Positions 40,540 to 53,691 of a stretch of DNA of 64,000 nucleotides are shown here, piece by piece; position 1 is the stretch's first letter, and each line of letters starts with the position of its first letter. The stretch lies in NCBI RefSeq assembly GCF_009914755.1, contig NC_060929.1; one strand, given 5' to 3'. The translations under genes and the position numbers were made by a program. The DNA is from the human T2T-CHM13v2.0 reference genome, Homo sapiens. The notes under the pieces were generated by a model, which searched no databases, was not told where the DNA came from, and saw only the letters and a program-made list of their open reading frames with translations.

Positions 40540-41845
40540 CTGGGAGGAAGAGGAGAGAGCATCACTGGACTCACTGGAAGGACTCGGTGTGCAGGCCCCA
40601 CCCCGCTTCTCCAGGGGCTGAGGGACCGCCTGGCTGGCAGCCAGCACCCCAGTCTCACCTCTCTTGCTCTCCACAAAATTCTCACTCCTGAGTTTTCCAT
40701 GTGTAACCAGCAGGGGTGTAATTCACCACCCCTCATTTTACTTCTGCAGGCCAAAGACCGCAGGGAAATGAGCTCTCTGCAAAGGGGTGAGCTCCACAAG
40801 CAAAAGAGCTGTGTGGAAACGTGGGCAGAGCGCACCGTCTGTCACTGTGGAGGATCCCAACCAACACACACCGCAGGGACCACGCCTGCCCAGGGCCAGC
40901 TCTCGCTGTGGGGGACACAGGCCAGGTGTACTGTGCAGTGTCCCATAGGGTGTGGAGCAGCACCCCTGGCATCTCCCTACCATCTGGTGCCAGCAGCACC
41001 CCCAACCCCAGTGGGACCATCAACACGCCTCTGGACACTGCCAACATCTCCAGGGACAAAAGTGCTGTGGTTGAGAACTGTGTTAGAGGGTGAGAAGAAG
41101 ATGTGTGTCAAACACAACAAAAAAAAAGTATCAACAACCACAACAGCCCCAAGAGGAAGAGGGGAGCAGGGGCTGGTGAAGACAAGTGGTGAAGGCAAGA
41201 GGATCCTTCCCAGTGGAGGGCGTCCTTCAACAGGAGACCCAGACCAGGCAGAATTTCAACACCTGGAGCTGGAGGAAAGAACATTCCAGAAACAAGGAAG
41301 CTCTTGAGCCAAGGCCATGGTTTGGAGGGAAGAGTGAGCTGTCCCATTAGCAGATGGTGTGAGTGGCTGAGGCAGAAAGGGCCGGCAGGAGCAGTGTCCA
41401 TGCAGCTGTCTGCATGGGAGGGACCCAGCAGAGGTGGAGAAGTGGAGGGTGGGGCCATGCAGGAGGTCCCAGCAGCAGCGCAGCCAGGAGGCAGCAGTGC
41501 AGATGGAGAGAACACACAGGCCAGACCCAAGGCCCAGGGGCCACACATTCTGACCCCTGAAGGGATGTTCTGTAATGCGACAGGGACAGAAACACAAGGA
41601 CCCCAAAACACTGACCAAGGTGAAGTCCAGTGATGCAACCAAGGTGCCCGCTGTGTGTGTCCCCATCCAACACGAGTTTCATTCCTGTCACTGTAACTGA
41701 TCTCAATCTTACCCATGTGAAAACATGAATCCAGGTACAGTGAGGAAACTCTGAAGTACGAATCAGCAGCATTTGCCATCACTCCACTAAACCCCTGCCA
41801 CCTTCCCTGCTCCGGCTGGCTCCTGGGACGGGACTATGGATTTAC

Positions 41846-41941
41846 CTTTGTTTCTTCTCTCGTCTTTGAAGCCCAGCGTGGTGAAGCCTGGGAGTAGCTT
41901 ACTGGAGAGCGAGCTCAAGTCCACCGGGTGGGTCTCCTCCT
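41846..41941 (-). CDS. BRD9: BRD9 exon 10 (EEETHPVDLSS...ERRNK)
   Basis: gcag|AGG acceptor, AAG|GTAAAT donor, 96 nt. Confidence 0.95.
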
Positions 41942-43158
41942 CTGCAACACGGACATGGCGGGCCGTGAGTGGCAGGTGTGACCCCAACGCGGTGCCCCAG
42001 TGCAGTGCCATGAGCCCTTTCTCCACATCACAGTGGATGTGATTGGTGCAGGTGGGGGGATTTTATAATGATCACCTGAAAACAAATTTGCAAAAGCCAA
42101 CTACCATTCTCAAAACTAACTGCATTTCAATTTCATTTCTTTATCACCCCAAAGTCAACACAATAAAAAATACCACATCTTTGGCCACCACACCAGCAAT
42201 ACTTTGAGAACATTTTCAAATGGATCACTCAACAACTCCAAGAAGAAATCTTGTCCTGCGTGTTCTAACAGCGAAACGGTGGCGTGTACCTGGAGCGCGT
42301 GCATCTGACAGCATGTCTGCCATGCTCAAGTCACCACCCACACACCACTCATGGGATCAGAGCAGGAGTTCCTCAGTTCCCAACCGCTGCCTCGGTCTCA
42401 ACACTCTCATAAGCTAAATATGGATCAACGGTCCATCCTCTTTAGGAAAATAAGCTGAAGATTATATAGATCAGCCCGTTTCTATCCTTCACACACTGGA
42501 GAAAACCACGCTGGCATGGTGGAGCTGGGTGAAAGACCACCAGCAGGCATGAGGGTGAGAGCGAGGGAAGCAGGAATCTAGAGGCAACCCGTGCCAGGCT
42601 GCACGTTCCTCACGCGAGCCCGCGAGTGCGTTTCAAACCCAAGTGATCACACTTTCGTTCAAAGGACAAGCCTCTTAATTACTTCCAGGCCAACAAAGTG
42701 CCCCTGACGGGCTGGACAGGCCTAGTGTGCACCATCCTTCAACACTGTCCTGACGTCATCATCTAACAGCTCTTCTAAGACTGCTTTCCAGATTCAAGGA
42801 GCAGGGTGGGCCAGCACTCTGGTCTTTGCTGAAGACTGAGCTCGGGATGTGAACCCTTCCTGATGCTAGTGAGGTTTGGCCTTAAAGGCCTCTCGGCAGC
42901 TTTTCAGGAACATGGCTCGAGTCCCGCTGCTCCCAAGGAGCCCTGACCGAGGTCTGACCAGCACCCCCGCCCCGCGAGATGGCCGTCCACACCTCCACTC
43001 AGCGCACGTGTCACGTTGGGGTGCGAGCAAGGTCGGGAAGCCGGGCAGCCTCTCATGCTGCCCCATGGCCATGGCTCAGCTTTTCATTACAGAATATCAA
43101 CGGAGGCCCAAAAAGCAGTGTACGGAGAGCATAAAGCCAGCCCTGAGCGGGCACCCAC

Positions 43159-43234
43159 CATCAGCGTCCGGCTCGGCCGTGTTGACCACGCTGTAGAGCA
43201 GGCTCCCGTCCCCGTTCCTCTTCAGATAGCCCAT
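43159..43234 (-). CDS. BRD9: BRD9 exon 9 (MGYLKRNGDGSLLYSVVNTAEPDAD)
   Basis: ccag|ATGG acceptor, ATG|GTGGGT donor, 76 nt. Confidence 0.95.
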
Positions 43235-44280
43235 CTGGAAGGAAGCACTGCCTGAGCGTCTGTCCCTCAGGAGGGGCAGCGCAGCACAAATGAAATGAAG
43301 ACCAACAAGCAGGGCTTAATGGGGGTGAAAGCACATTTGTCCAAGAACAAACGCCAGAGGGCCCCTCACGGCATTCCCTGGAATTTCAGACTCACCGGCA
43401 ACAGCAGAGCGCGCACAGGTGCCAAGGAGAACCTCTTAGGCTCCCCATGGCCCTGCTATAGGGGGTACAGCTGAAACAAAAACCTTCACCCACGAGTAAA
43501 CATTTAAAATTGCTCATGAGCCTTGACAAAATGGAACGGTCAGCAGGTCAGCATGGCACTGCCCTGACGGCAGGCGGCTCCAGCCCTCAAGCATGTGTGG
43601 ACTGGTTTTCATTTAAAAACCCACCACCCACACCCCAGTTCTGTGTACAGGCCATCAGGAGGATCCAGGAAGAGGAGGCACTGGTGTGTGCAGACTTGGG
43701 GTTCAAGGGGGAAGAGGGCTGTCATGCAGCGGTTGGCTGGGCTCCAGTGCAAGGGTGACGTCCATGCGCTGGACATCATGCCATGTCAGGGCAGCCACCT
43801 GGCCTGAGAAGAGCCGGACGTTTGTGTGGGGGCAGCTCCCCACCGCGGATCCATGCAAAGTCTCAGAGCCCACAGGATGGCCAGGGCCCTGGGGGAGAGG
43901 CGGAAGGTCAGCTCAATGGGACACGGAGTTGATACGAAGATTAGGAGACAAGTCCTCACGGCGCAGATACAAAACTGAAAGGGAAGAAGTGGGCGGAACC
44001 CACGGGGCACGAGGGAACTGGAAGTTTCCGTGTAAAAACAGTTTTCAACCCATGTAAACACAGGTGCCAACAGAATCCCTCTGCACAGTGTCCATGTATG
44101 TGGTGCAGACACACACAACAGGCATCTCCCAGCTCTATCTGCAGAGGGCTTCACCCAGAACCCAGGTCCTGGCTTCTACACAAGGCTCTCTAGTCAAGAA
44201 ACCAGGGCTTCTTGGAGAATGTGGCAATTCCAGGGCTGAAACACAGACTGCAGAACAAGGCTGTCCAAAAGAACTACAGT

Positions 44281-45206
44281 GCAAGCCACGTAGACCACAA
44301 CCTCCAGCACACAAGCCACATAAACAACTTCCCAACACACAAGCCACGCAGACCACAACTTCCCAACACATGAGCCAAGCAGACAACCGCCCAACACGTG
44401 AGCCACGCAGGCCACAACCTCCAGCACACAAGCCACATAAACAACTTCCCAACACATGAGCCACGCAGACCACAACTTCCCAACACGTGAGCCAAGCAGA
44501 CAACTGCCCAACACGTGAGCCACGCAGACCACAACCTCCCAACACGTGAGCCACACAGACCACAACCCCCCAACACGCAAGCCACAAAAACCACAACCTC
44601 CCAACAGATAAGCCACACAGACCACAGCAACTTTCCAACACACAAGCCATGCAAACCACAAACTCCCAACAGGCGAGCCAAGCAACCGCCCCACACGTGA
44701 GCCACGCAGACCACAACCTCCCAACACTTGAGCCACACAAACCCACAACCTCCCAACACATAAGCCACACAGACCACAGCAACTTCCCAACACGCAAGCC
44801 ACGCAAACTGCAACCTCCCAACACACGAGCCACGCAAACCACAGCAACTTCCCAACACATAAGCCAGAGACCACAGCAACTTCCCAACACACGAGCCACG
44901 CAGACTGCAACCTCCCAACACACAAGCCACACAAACCACAACCTCCCAACACATAAGCCACGCAGACCACAGCAACTTCCCAACATGCAAGCCACGTGAA
45001 CCACAACCTCCCAACACACAAGCCACGCAGACCACAACCTCCCAACACACGGGCCACACAGACTGCAACCTCCCAACACGCAAGCCATACAGACCACTGC
45101 AACTTCCCAACACGTGAGCCACGCAGACCACGACCTCCCAACACGTGAGCCACGCAGACCGCAACCTCGCAACACGCAAGCCACACAGAGCACTGCAACT
45201 TCCCAG
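44281..45206. repeat. ~30-35-bp degenerate VNTR (agccacgcagaccacaacctcccaacacgtg), BRD9 intron 8
   Basis: Units read directly. Confidence 0.95.
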
Positions 45207-45989
45207 CAGGCACAGGCAAAAAGCAGCAGACACCTCTGAAATGCCCCCACTTCAGCGTTCTTTACATCCCATCCCATGTGCATTTTGAAGACTTAATATG
45301 AAAAAAACCCATAAAGCTCAAATTAACGTTTTCTACAGACTACATGTTGAGATAAAATGTTGGATATAGAGGTGAAATGAAACCTGCAAGGATTAATGTC
45401 ACCTGCATTGCTCTACTTCTCTTATCAGGGCTGCTAGGAAGCCTGAGACTGCAGACAGCCTGTGCTCTGTTTCCACTGAAGACACTGGGTCTAGAACGTC
45501 TCCTGCCAGAAAGGAGAGCGTGGTCAGCTGAGTGGGCCCCACCACCACAAAGACCATCTGTGGCAGGAGCCACGTGAACACAGTCGGTGGCCTATTATGG
45601 ACCATCTGTCGGATCCAACACCAGCACCCCCACTGGAATAACAAGGGCGGTGCCTCACGTCAACACCCAGTGACAGAGACACAGAAGTCAGCATTCACTC
45701 CAAGAGAAAGGATTAGCCTGCAGCAGGGCCTCCATCAAGGAAATGAGGTCAGTGACCACGTGGCCTCCACGATGCATGAAACACCAGCGGCAGCCCTGCC
45801 AGAGGCACCTGGACCCCGACTGAAGAGACCAGCCTTATGTGTGTCTGATCCGGACCTCCCGTCAGGGCCCCACGCTGACCTCTGGATCCCGGTGGCTGTG
45901 CTAGATCACACAGCACCAACCCAGAAGGAGAGGCACACAGAGAGTCTGGGGCCACGTGGCACCCTCTCTCGGTGGCCACAGAGCACTAC

Positions 45990-46122
45990 CTTGCCGCCTG
46001 GGAGGAACCGGTTGATCCTGTCCCGAGCTTCGTCAGCTGCGTGCTCCACCAGCGCCAGCACGTGCTCCTCTGCGGTACTGTCCGTCAAGCTGCAGGCATT
46101 CCCTTCAGGCTCAAACATGCAG
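45990..46122 (-). CDS. BRD9: BRD9 exon 8 (CMFEPEGNACS...FLPGGK)
   Basis: acag|CTGC acceptor, AAG|GTAGTG donor, 133 nt; ORF 45906..46172. Confidence 0.96.
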
Positions 46123-48643
46123 CTGTGAGGTGGGGACAACCAAGTCACCTGGAGGCAGCGTCCCCACCGCACACCTGCTCCCCATGCGTCGGCACCTAAC
46201 CCAGCTTCTACCGACCCTGCCCTCAGACACAGAGCTGGCAGAGCATACTTAACTCCTTTTAGGTCTCAAAGCATCCCTTTTCACCCTAACCAAATGACAA
46301 ATTAAGACACTTTTATTAAAATAAAGGGTAAGTGTAAGCCAAGTAGACAGACTTCCTATTTTTCAACGCAGTGCAAACTCAGTTAAAGTGCTTTAGCAAC
46401 AAAAGCAACAAAGTAACAGATGCCCACACTGGTTAGTTATTAAAGGCCCCATCAGAAAAGTGACTGGAAAAGCCACCCCTGACTACGCAGGGTTCACAGC
46501 AAGGCAGGATAGGCGGGGCTGCTCGGGTGTGGTCTGGTGCTGCTGGGCTGGGTGGACAGCAGCCCCCTCTGCTGTGGCCACTGGGTGGCACAAAGAACAC
46601 ACAAGGACGTCAGCAAGTGGTCCCAGGTTCCACCTGAAGCAGTTCTCCAACAGCTGAGGGGCACAGGCTGTAGCACCCAAGGAGTGTGGAAGGTTCTAGA
46701 AGCAAGCGAGTGGGCTCCTTCCCACCCTGGGCACTTGCCTGGGCATGGGTCTGAGTGGCCTAGGGCCAGGTGCAGGCCCAGGACAAGCCCTGCCCATGAG
46801 AGCGGCCCTGCCCTTGCCTGACCTACAGTGACAACCTGGCAACCCTACACAGGAGTCACAGCCCCATGAGCTCCGCAGGGAGGGGCTCCACTCAGGCACC
46901 TGCGTGAGCCCATTACCGATGCGCACTGCTGTGACACTAGGTGAAGGTGACTGCCTGAGCTCGGCACGCTCTCCTGCCTGCAGACTGACAGCTGGGGATC
47001 CATCTAAAGGGCCTGGATCCCACAGGCAAGGGTGAAGCTGCAGCACCAGAGACACCCAAAACCAACCTGGGGTGGGTCTGCCAGGACACAACCCCACCGC
47101 AGCTGAGCATGCTGACCAGCACCAACTTCAATTCCCCCTCGATGCTCAGTCACCATGAGGCGGCAAAGGGCGGCCATGAAACCCCGACCCCTGAAGGCCA
47201 GCAGCACACTCGAGTCGGGGGCTGAGGCCGGACACAGCCACCAGCCAACCACGCAGTGAGTGTTCACACGGCAGCGGGGTGGGAAATGCAACGCACGTGG
47301 GGAGACCGCCTTAGGGGACTGTCGTCCGTTGCCAAGCAACACACTCTGGCCACGCAGCGCACCCTGTCTCCTAAGCCAAGGCTGCAGGACCTGAGGGGCT
47401 GGTCTCAAGACCACTCTCCCTTTTGACGGTTGGAGGGAGCTGCTCAGAGCAGAAGCACCGAGCCCAGCACCGCTGCCGCCCCACCTGTTAAATCCACGTG
47501 AGTCCCATACACATGTGAGAAGGAAACAAACAATGGAGGGCCGTGACCATCACAATTGCCTCAAGGACGTTCAGTACCAACTCCAGACGGTCCCTGACTT
47601 CCCACAAGATGGCACAAAAGCAATACACTTCAGCAGAAACCATCCTTCAAATCTGATCTGTCCCCAGGATGGCAACAGGCCAGTCCTCTCAGGATACTGG
47701 GAAGACCGCGAGCCACAGTGCTGTCAGACACACGGCCATGAGGGTGGATGTCCTGAGACTGCGCTCTCTGGGGCCTGCACTCAGCAAGTGACACGTGATG
47801 AAGCAGGCTCTGTGCCAGGCGCTTCTGCCCGCTGCAGGCTATGTTAAGTGCTCTTGGTGCCTCTAAGGCCCCTGGCGATACTCTCGCTTTGTTTGGTCCT
47901 ATCAGGCAGCCACCTCACATAGGTGGAGGAGCGTCTACAGGAATGACGTGTGATACGGACTTTGATACAATCTCAATGCTCAGCCACCATGAGACAAAGA
48001 GCCCCCATGAAAACCACTCTGGGGTTTAGAAAAAAAGGAAGAAGGTTCCCTGAAGGACCAGCCAAGTCGGCTGCTCCCTGTGGGAGGGAGCAGAGCTACA
48101 GGGAGCTGTGGCCTGCAGTCCTCACCTGCTTCCCCCGCAGCATCCACACCTTCCTGACCACAGGCCTGCACCTGCTCCACTCCAGCGTCTACACAGACAC
48201 AGAAGCGAGCAGTTCAGGAGTGTGCATCTGCCCCACAGCAACAAAGAAGCCCCCTGCCAATGCTGGCTGCCCAAAGTCAGCCCGCTTGTGCGGCACAGTC
48301 TGGGACAAGGGCACAGCCTTGGCTGCCGGCAGGCGCTGTGCAGGGGAGGGAGGGGCCAATGATCTTAACGGCGTGTAGAGACAGAGACCACCAGTCACTA
48401 GCAGTTGGGGGCAGGGGTGATCGGACGGGCTTGGGTACCACACCTGGGTCAGAGAGTGCACGTGGCCGGTGGGCAGGAGGGGCTGTCTGGCCACACTCCT
48501 CCTGCCAGAATAAGCTACACCAAGAATGTCTATGTGACATGACATCCGTTCTCTCACTCACTCACTCTCCCCTACAAGGCACCTGCTTTCCTGGCTATGG
48601 TGCTCAACTCCAAAAGCAAATGTGGTTTCCACAGAACCTTTAC

Positions 48644-48759
48644 CTGATAACTTCTCTACTCGGCTTTTTGGATTTCTTGGCAGTTTCTACTTGTACTGGT
48701 ACAACTTCAGGGACAGGTTCCTCAACAGCTGTATCTTCATTGCCCAAAAGAGCTGCCTG
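48644..48759 (-). CDS. BRD9: BRD9 exon 7 (QAALLGNED...SREVI); alternative in-frame starts at 48819 and 48756
   Basis: ctcag|CAG|GCA acceptor, CAG|GTAAAG donor, 116 nt. Confidence 0.92.
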
Positions 48760-49412
48760 CTGAGAAAAATCCATGTCCTGCATAAACGACATGCTGCGCT
48801 TCAAAGCTAACAGCCGCTCCTAGAATCAGAAAGGACAGAGCAGCAGGGATTTACCTCTCCCTCACAGCCAGGGTGCCGTGACGATGGGATGGGATGGGGA
48901 TGGTCACAGCCTCACCTGGCCTAAGAGCTAACTTTCCACGGCGGAGCAGCGGGAGGTGGTTGTGGGGGCTTGACCCACCGCCAGAGCGCGGCAGGTGCCG
49001 CACCTCCCCTTTACCTTCTCCTACGTGGGATGCATGCAGCCTGGCTCACGGCACAGATCTGGGAAGCCACTCAGGATGGCCAAGGAAGACAAGGATGTCC
49101 CGTCTGGATTCAGTGAGGCAGTCACGCAAAACAAGCCCGCAATGCTGGCTGCCATCCAGCAAGACTGACACCTGACACCCAGGCTTAAGATCAAGAGATG
49201 CGGAACTTTCCACCAACCCTCAATGAGATGTTACAGCTAGGTCATGAGCAGAGAGGGCGGCCGGGGACGTCTACCCTAGAGCAAAGGGGGCAACACCATG
49301 AGGGTGGCGGGTGGATGGAGCACGTGTTCACTGTGAGGCTCCCTTCGGGCACAAGCGACGGGGGGCAGAGCCCCTGCTTTCCGTAGCTCGCTGCTGCCAG
49401 TGAGTTTCTTAC

Positions 49413-49523
49413 TTTGCTCATCATCTTAAAGCCTGCGTGAAGGATCTTCTTCGCCAACTTGTAGTACACGGTATCTGGCCTATTGTATGTCATTGCATTA
49501 TCACACATCAGCTTGAAATCTGC
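49413..49523 (-). CDS. BRD9: BRD9 exon 6, bromodomain C-terminal part (ADFKLMCDNAMTYN...MMSK)
   Basis: tcag|GCAG acceptor, AAA|GTAAGA donor, 111 nt; conserved NAxxYN acetyl-lysine-binding motif. Confidence 0.97.
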
Positions 49524-51072
49524 CTGAAAAGAAAACAGGAAAGACTTATCAGGTTTGAAATGCCACAGACAACAGCAAAGCTCTAGATGACTACCAAGAG
49601 ACCAAAAGGAAAAAGCTACAATCGAGTAGAAAACAATTCAACTGGGCTCTCTGATCTAAACATAACGTTTAAGAACTTAAGAGAAGTTTTCTTAGTTGCA
49701 CATTGGTCTTGCATGAAAAATATTACAGCAAACAGTTGGCCAAGCCTGTAACTTCTTTCTAAGCATCACATACAAATGCTGTGTGAGGAAAAAGCGTTTC
49801 CTGCGCTTCTTGCATTTCTCCAGAACATAAACAGGAACGAGAAGCAACGACCCGATTCTTTCAAGTGCAAGTCAAGGGATGAAGGCAGGCGTGCGGCACA
49901 GTGATAGCCTCTATCTCTAGAATTTCTCCACAGAATCGAATTTAAAATTCTGTCACCAAATGGTTCCCTCAAACTACTAGAAAAAGACTTTGCCCCACAA
50001 AAGGACAACCTTATTTTGTAATTTATGGTGAAAATACGGAAGCATCAGTATTTTATTATGAGAGGCCAGTTTCCTCAGCACAGGCCTCTCAAAGGTGAGT
50101 ACCAACGTCAGGCTGGAGCATGACCCCGGAGGCCGGCCACCCTAACTGAGAACGTGCCATCTGGACCCTCCCCAAGTCCCGGTTCCAGAGCCAGCAGCCC
50201 TAGGGCCCGGCCCGAGGCTGTGGAGCCCCTCCCCTGAAGACTCCACTGCGGACACTCCACGGAGTGAATGCTGCTCCCCTTCTCACTTTGTTGCTAGGAA
50301 TGGCCAGACTGGGGCCCGAAGCAGGGAATACAGAGGGCTTTCGGGCATGGAGTGCTCTTAACATCTACCCTCAGGCGCTGCCTGATCCTCTCATCGAGTT
50401 TCCTTTTCTCCCACTCTCCTTTAAGTCTGTTCTGTTGTGTTTCTGTGAGTCAGCAAACCCTTCAGTAAGCATAAAATAGAAAAGTCAAGCTTTCCCCAGG
50501 GGAATGGAACCTAAGAGAGAAATCTAATGCCTTTCTAAACTACACTAATGCCAACTTTATCAAGCATTTGTTTTGCTTTCTTCCCCTGGGTTGCAAAACC
50601 AATGAGCAGTTGCTAATTCTCACAGCCAGTAGCAAGAAACAGAGCTAAGAGCAAAGTACTCAGGAGACAGAAAAACTTACTATGCTAAAAAAACTAAATG
50701 CTCAATTAGTGTAAGACAAAACTAAGAATTAAAAAGAAGTATGTTTTTAAAAATGTCTAGTCTCAAGCCGTGCCACACCGGACACCTCACTGCTTGAAAC
50801 AACATGTCCTATTTACGCCAGCGCAGTAACTTAGAAAGAAAAGAAACAGACTTCTAACAGCGTGCAACCTGACCTAGTTTCTAGACCAAAGCACAGAGAA
50901 AACGTTCACGACCAATCATTTCCTTAATGCTGTGTCTGTAAAACATCATCCGAACACAGAAACACCTGTGAAAGCTCAAAAACTAGAAATGATCTAAGGT
51001 GAATGAAGTCTTCACAAGACATGAATACACAGAACTATGCCACGATTACTTCGGGCAATGAAAGTAACTTAC

Positions 51073-51217
51073 CTTAAATTCCGTAACTGACTTGTATTCA
51101 TTAGCTACAATTTTGTCTTTCATGGTGCCAAAATCCATGGGATGTTTTATTATCATTGAATATCCAGGAGCAATTGCATCCGTGACAGGAAAAGCAAAAA
51201 ATCCATGGGGATCTTTT
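51073..51217 (-). CDS. BRD9: BRD9 exon 5, bromodomain ZA loop (KDPHGFFAFPVTDAIAPGYSMIIKHPMDF...TEFK)
   Basis: tcag|AAAAG acceptor, AAG|GTAAGT donor, 145 nt. Confidence 0.97.
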
Positions 51218-51638
51218 CTGAAAGCAAAGACATCTTAAAGCGGAAAAATCTAGATTTCTAAATGATACAAAATCTCTTACAATCCAAAAATTGGATACAA
51301 CTGACCGAATTTTGTTTCTTAAAAATAAAAAAGTTACGAGCGTCTTTTAATTTATTGTGATAGGTATTTCAGATATAATAAAAATTCCCCCAACGCATCC
51401 TGGCGGCCATCAATGTCCCAGCTCTAGCCTTGACTTCCCTCACTCTACTCTGACTTCAGAGTGAGCCACTAATGAGTTCATGAACTCTTCCTACGCACCC
51501 CGAAGTGGACTGGGAGTCACCAAGAGAAGGTGCAGGGTCTGTTTCACAGCTGACGAGGCTGGCGTGGGGAATAAGGCCTCAGAAAAGATGACACCACACC
51601 CCCCCAGACACTAGCTCTTCAGAAACGCCCCGGTTTAC

Positions 51639-51699
51639 CTCTGAAGCTGGCGGAGGAAGTGTTCCAGGAGTTGCTGAATAGGTGTGCTCTCATTTTCGG
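51639..51699 (-). CDS. BRD9: BRD9 exon 4 (ENESTPIQQLLEHFLRQLQ)
   Basis: tcag|CCG acceptor, GAG|GTAAAC donor, 61 nt. Confidence 0.95.
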
Positions 51700-52101
51700 C
51701 TGACAATTTAAGGAAAAAAAAATTGAATACAAGACTTTGGTATCCCTTCATTAGAGAGCTCCAAGTTCACAGTATCTGTCTGTCTGGTGTCTCACAGCAT
51801 TTTAAGTTCCACCGAGAACTGGGGATATAAAGATACATCCGACTCAGCCTTGGCTCCCACCAAGCTCAGCCGGGTAGAAAGGGCACCCCCACAGCAGGAG
51901 TCATAAAAATCTCTTGTAATAACCGGTAGCCCTTACATCAACAATATGTGGTGATCACTTAGCAATGTTTTCAGCTCATACCACTACTCTAGACAAGAAA
52001 TGGACGACGGAACAAACGCTCTGGACATAAAGGTTGATCCTGAATTCACCGATTATTATTTCACTTGAGGTCCCTTAAAATTCAACAAAAAGTAAATAAA
52101 T

Positions 52102-52266
52102 GGCCGGCGTGGTGGTGCGTGCCTGTAGTCCCAGCAACTTGGGAGGCTGAGGTGGGAGGATCGCTTGAGCCCAGGGTTATCTGAGCCCAGGAGTGAATCA
52201 CGACACTGCACTCCAGCCTAGGCGACACAGCAAGACCATGTTTCAAAAATAAATTAAAAAAAGAAA
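52102..52266 (+). mobile_element. Alu monomer (FLAM/FRAM-like)
   Basis: ggccggcgtggtgg...cctgtagtcccagc...A-tail. Confidence 0.85.
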
Positions 52267-52832
52267 GTGCCTGAAGAGCCAAATGACCACAGGAGCTCAG
52301 AAGGCCACCAGCTTTCCAGAACTTTCCTTCAGTGGAGCCAGCAGGCCTCAGACAGTTTCTGACGGCCTGAATGATCGCAGCACTAGCCTCCCCACTCCCT
52401 GATGTCCCATGTCCCAAAGCCCAGCCGTCTGTTTCCCTATAATCCAGGAACCACTGGATGCTGAGAGTTGCTGGGAAGAGACACCCCTTGTCTTAGGTAC
52501 AAATGCCTCATCACTGTGAGTTGTGCACAGGAAGGCTGGGGACAAAGAGAACTCAGAGGGCAAGTCCTTGTCAACTGGAAATTCCAGCCAAATGCCATCC
52601 TTCGCAGATGGTGCCCACGACAGAGATTCTACTAAAGGCCTCCAGCTTCCTTTGTCTCAGCCTATGGTCACTTTCAGCAACTTCAGACCCACCATTTGGG
52701 CCTCGAGGTCCCTTCTTCCCAAGGGGAATTACCTGCGTTTTCACTGACATGCATCTCTCTTACCAGTCTGACCCAGATGGGGCTACTGTTCCAATACTGT
52801 CTTAAGTGCAAACAAAACCAAACTTCAAGACC

Positions 52833-53030
52833 CAGGGCTGGCAAACTTTTTACATAAAGGCCAGACAAAAAACAGTCTAGGCTTTGCGGGTCACATACGA
52901 TTGGTCTCTGTGGAGATGCCTTTTTGTTTCTTTTTATGAACGCTTAAAAAACATATAAGCCATCCTTAGCTAACAAGTTAAAAAACAAAACTGAAGGGCA
53001 CCAGTGGTAACTGGCCACGCCTTGCTCTAG
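52833..53030. mobile_element. MER58-like DNA transposon
   Basis: cagggctggcaaacttt...aaaggccaga...taggctttgcggg. Confidence 0.7.
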
Positions 53031-53206
53031 ACATTCAGAGACACCGGAGGAAACCTCAGGCCAGAGGACACCTGGGATGAGGCCCTGGAAATACCAGCTC
53101 TCCTCCCTCCCATGCTTCTCCCCAAAGCAACAGGACACGGTGCCGACCCCTCATTTACAACGATGAGCTGTGAACACCAGGAGAGTCTCTAAAAGTGCAC
53201 CCTTGC

Positions 53207-53339
53207 CTGGCTGTGTCCGGCACGCTCGGACTGGCCGATCTGGGGGCGGCTCCACCTCCACCTTCTTCCCAGGATCAAAGTCGTCAGCCTCTCCCTCCGT
53301 GTCACAGTGCTCCCTCTCTCGCTTCCGCTTCTTCTCTTC
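53207..53339 (-). CDS. BRD9: BRD9 exon 3 (EEKKRKRER...RACRTQP), GC donor
   Basis: ccag|GAAG acceptor, CAG|GCAAGG donor, 133 nt; phase matches exon 4. Confidence 0.93.
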
Positions 53340-53691
53340 CTGGGCGGCAGAGTCAAGGGAGTGAGAAAGGCAGGAGTAGGCGGGATCCGGACAGGTCTGC
53401 CCAATCCCCTCGCAGTTCTCAGGGGAGGGACAGAACTAAGGGAAACCCCCTCCGAGATCCTCCTCATGCCAGGCTCCCTCCTCACAGAGACCCTGGCAGG
53501 GTCTGCTGAGGAACAGCACACCCAGGATCCTGGAACTGAGTCTGCGGGCCTCAGCGGTTCGCGTTTTGCTACCAACGGAACACCCCCTCCCCTCCTCCAG
53601 CCACGCAGGCGCACTCTGCCTGGGTCCTGGGACCAGGCTCCCCACGGGCTCCTCGTGGGCAGCGTCCGGGCCACCGCCGCTGCTCCTTTAC

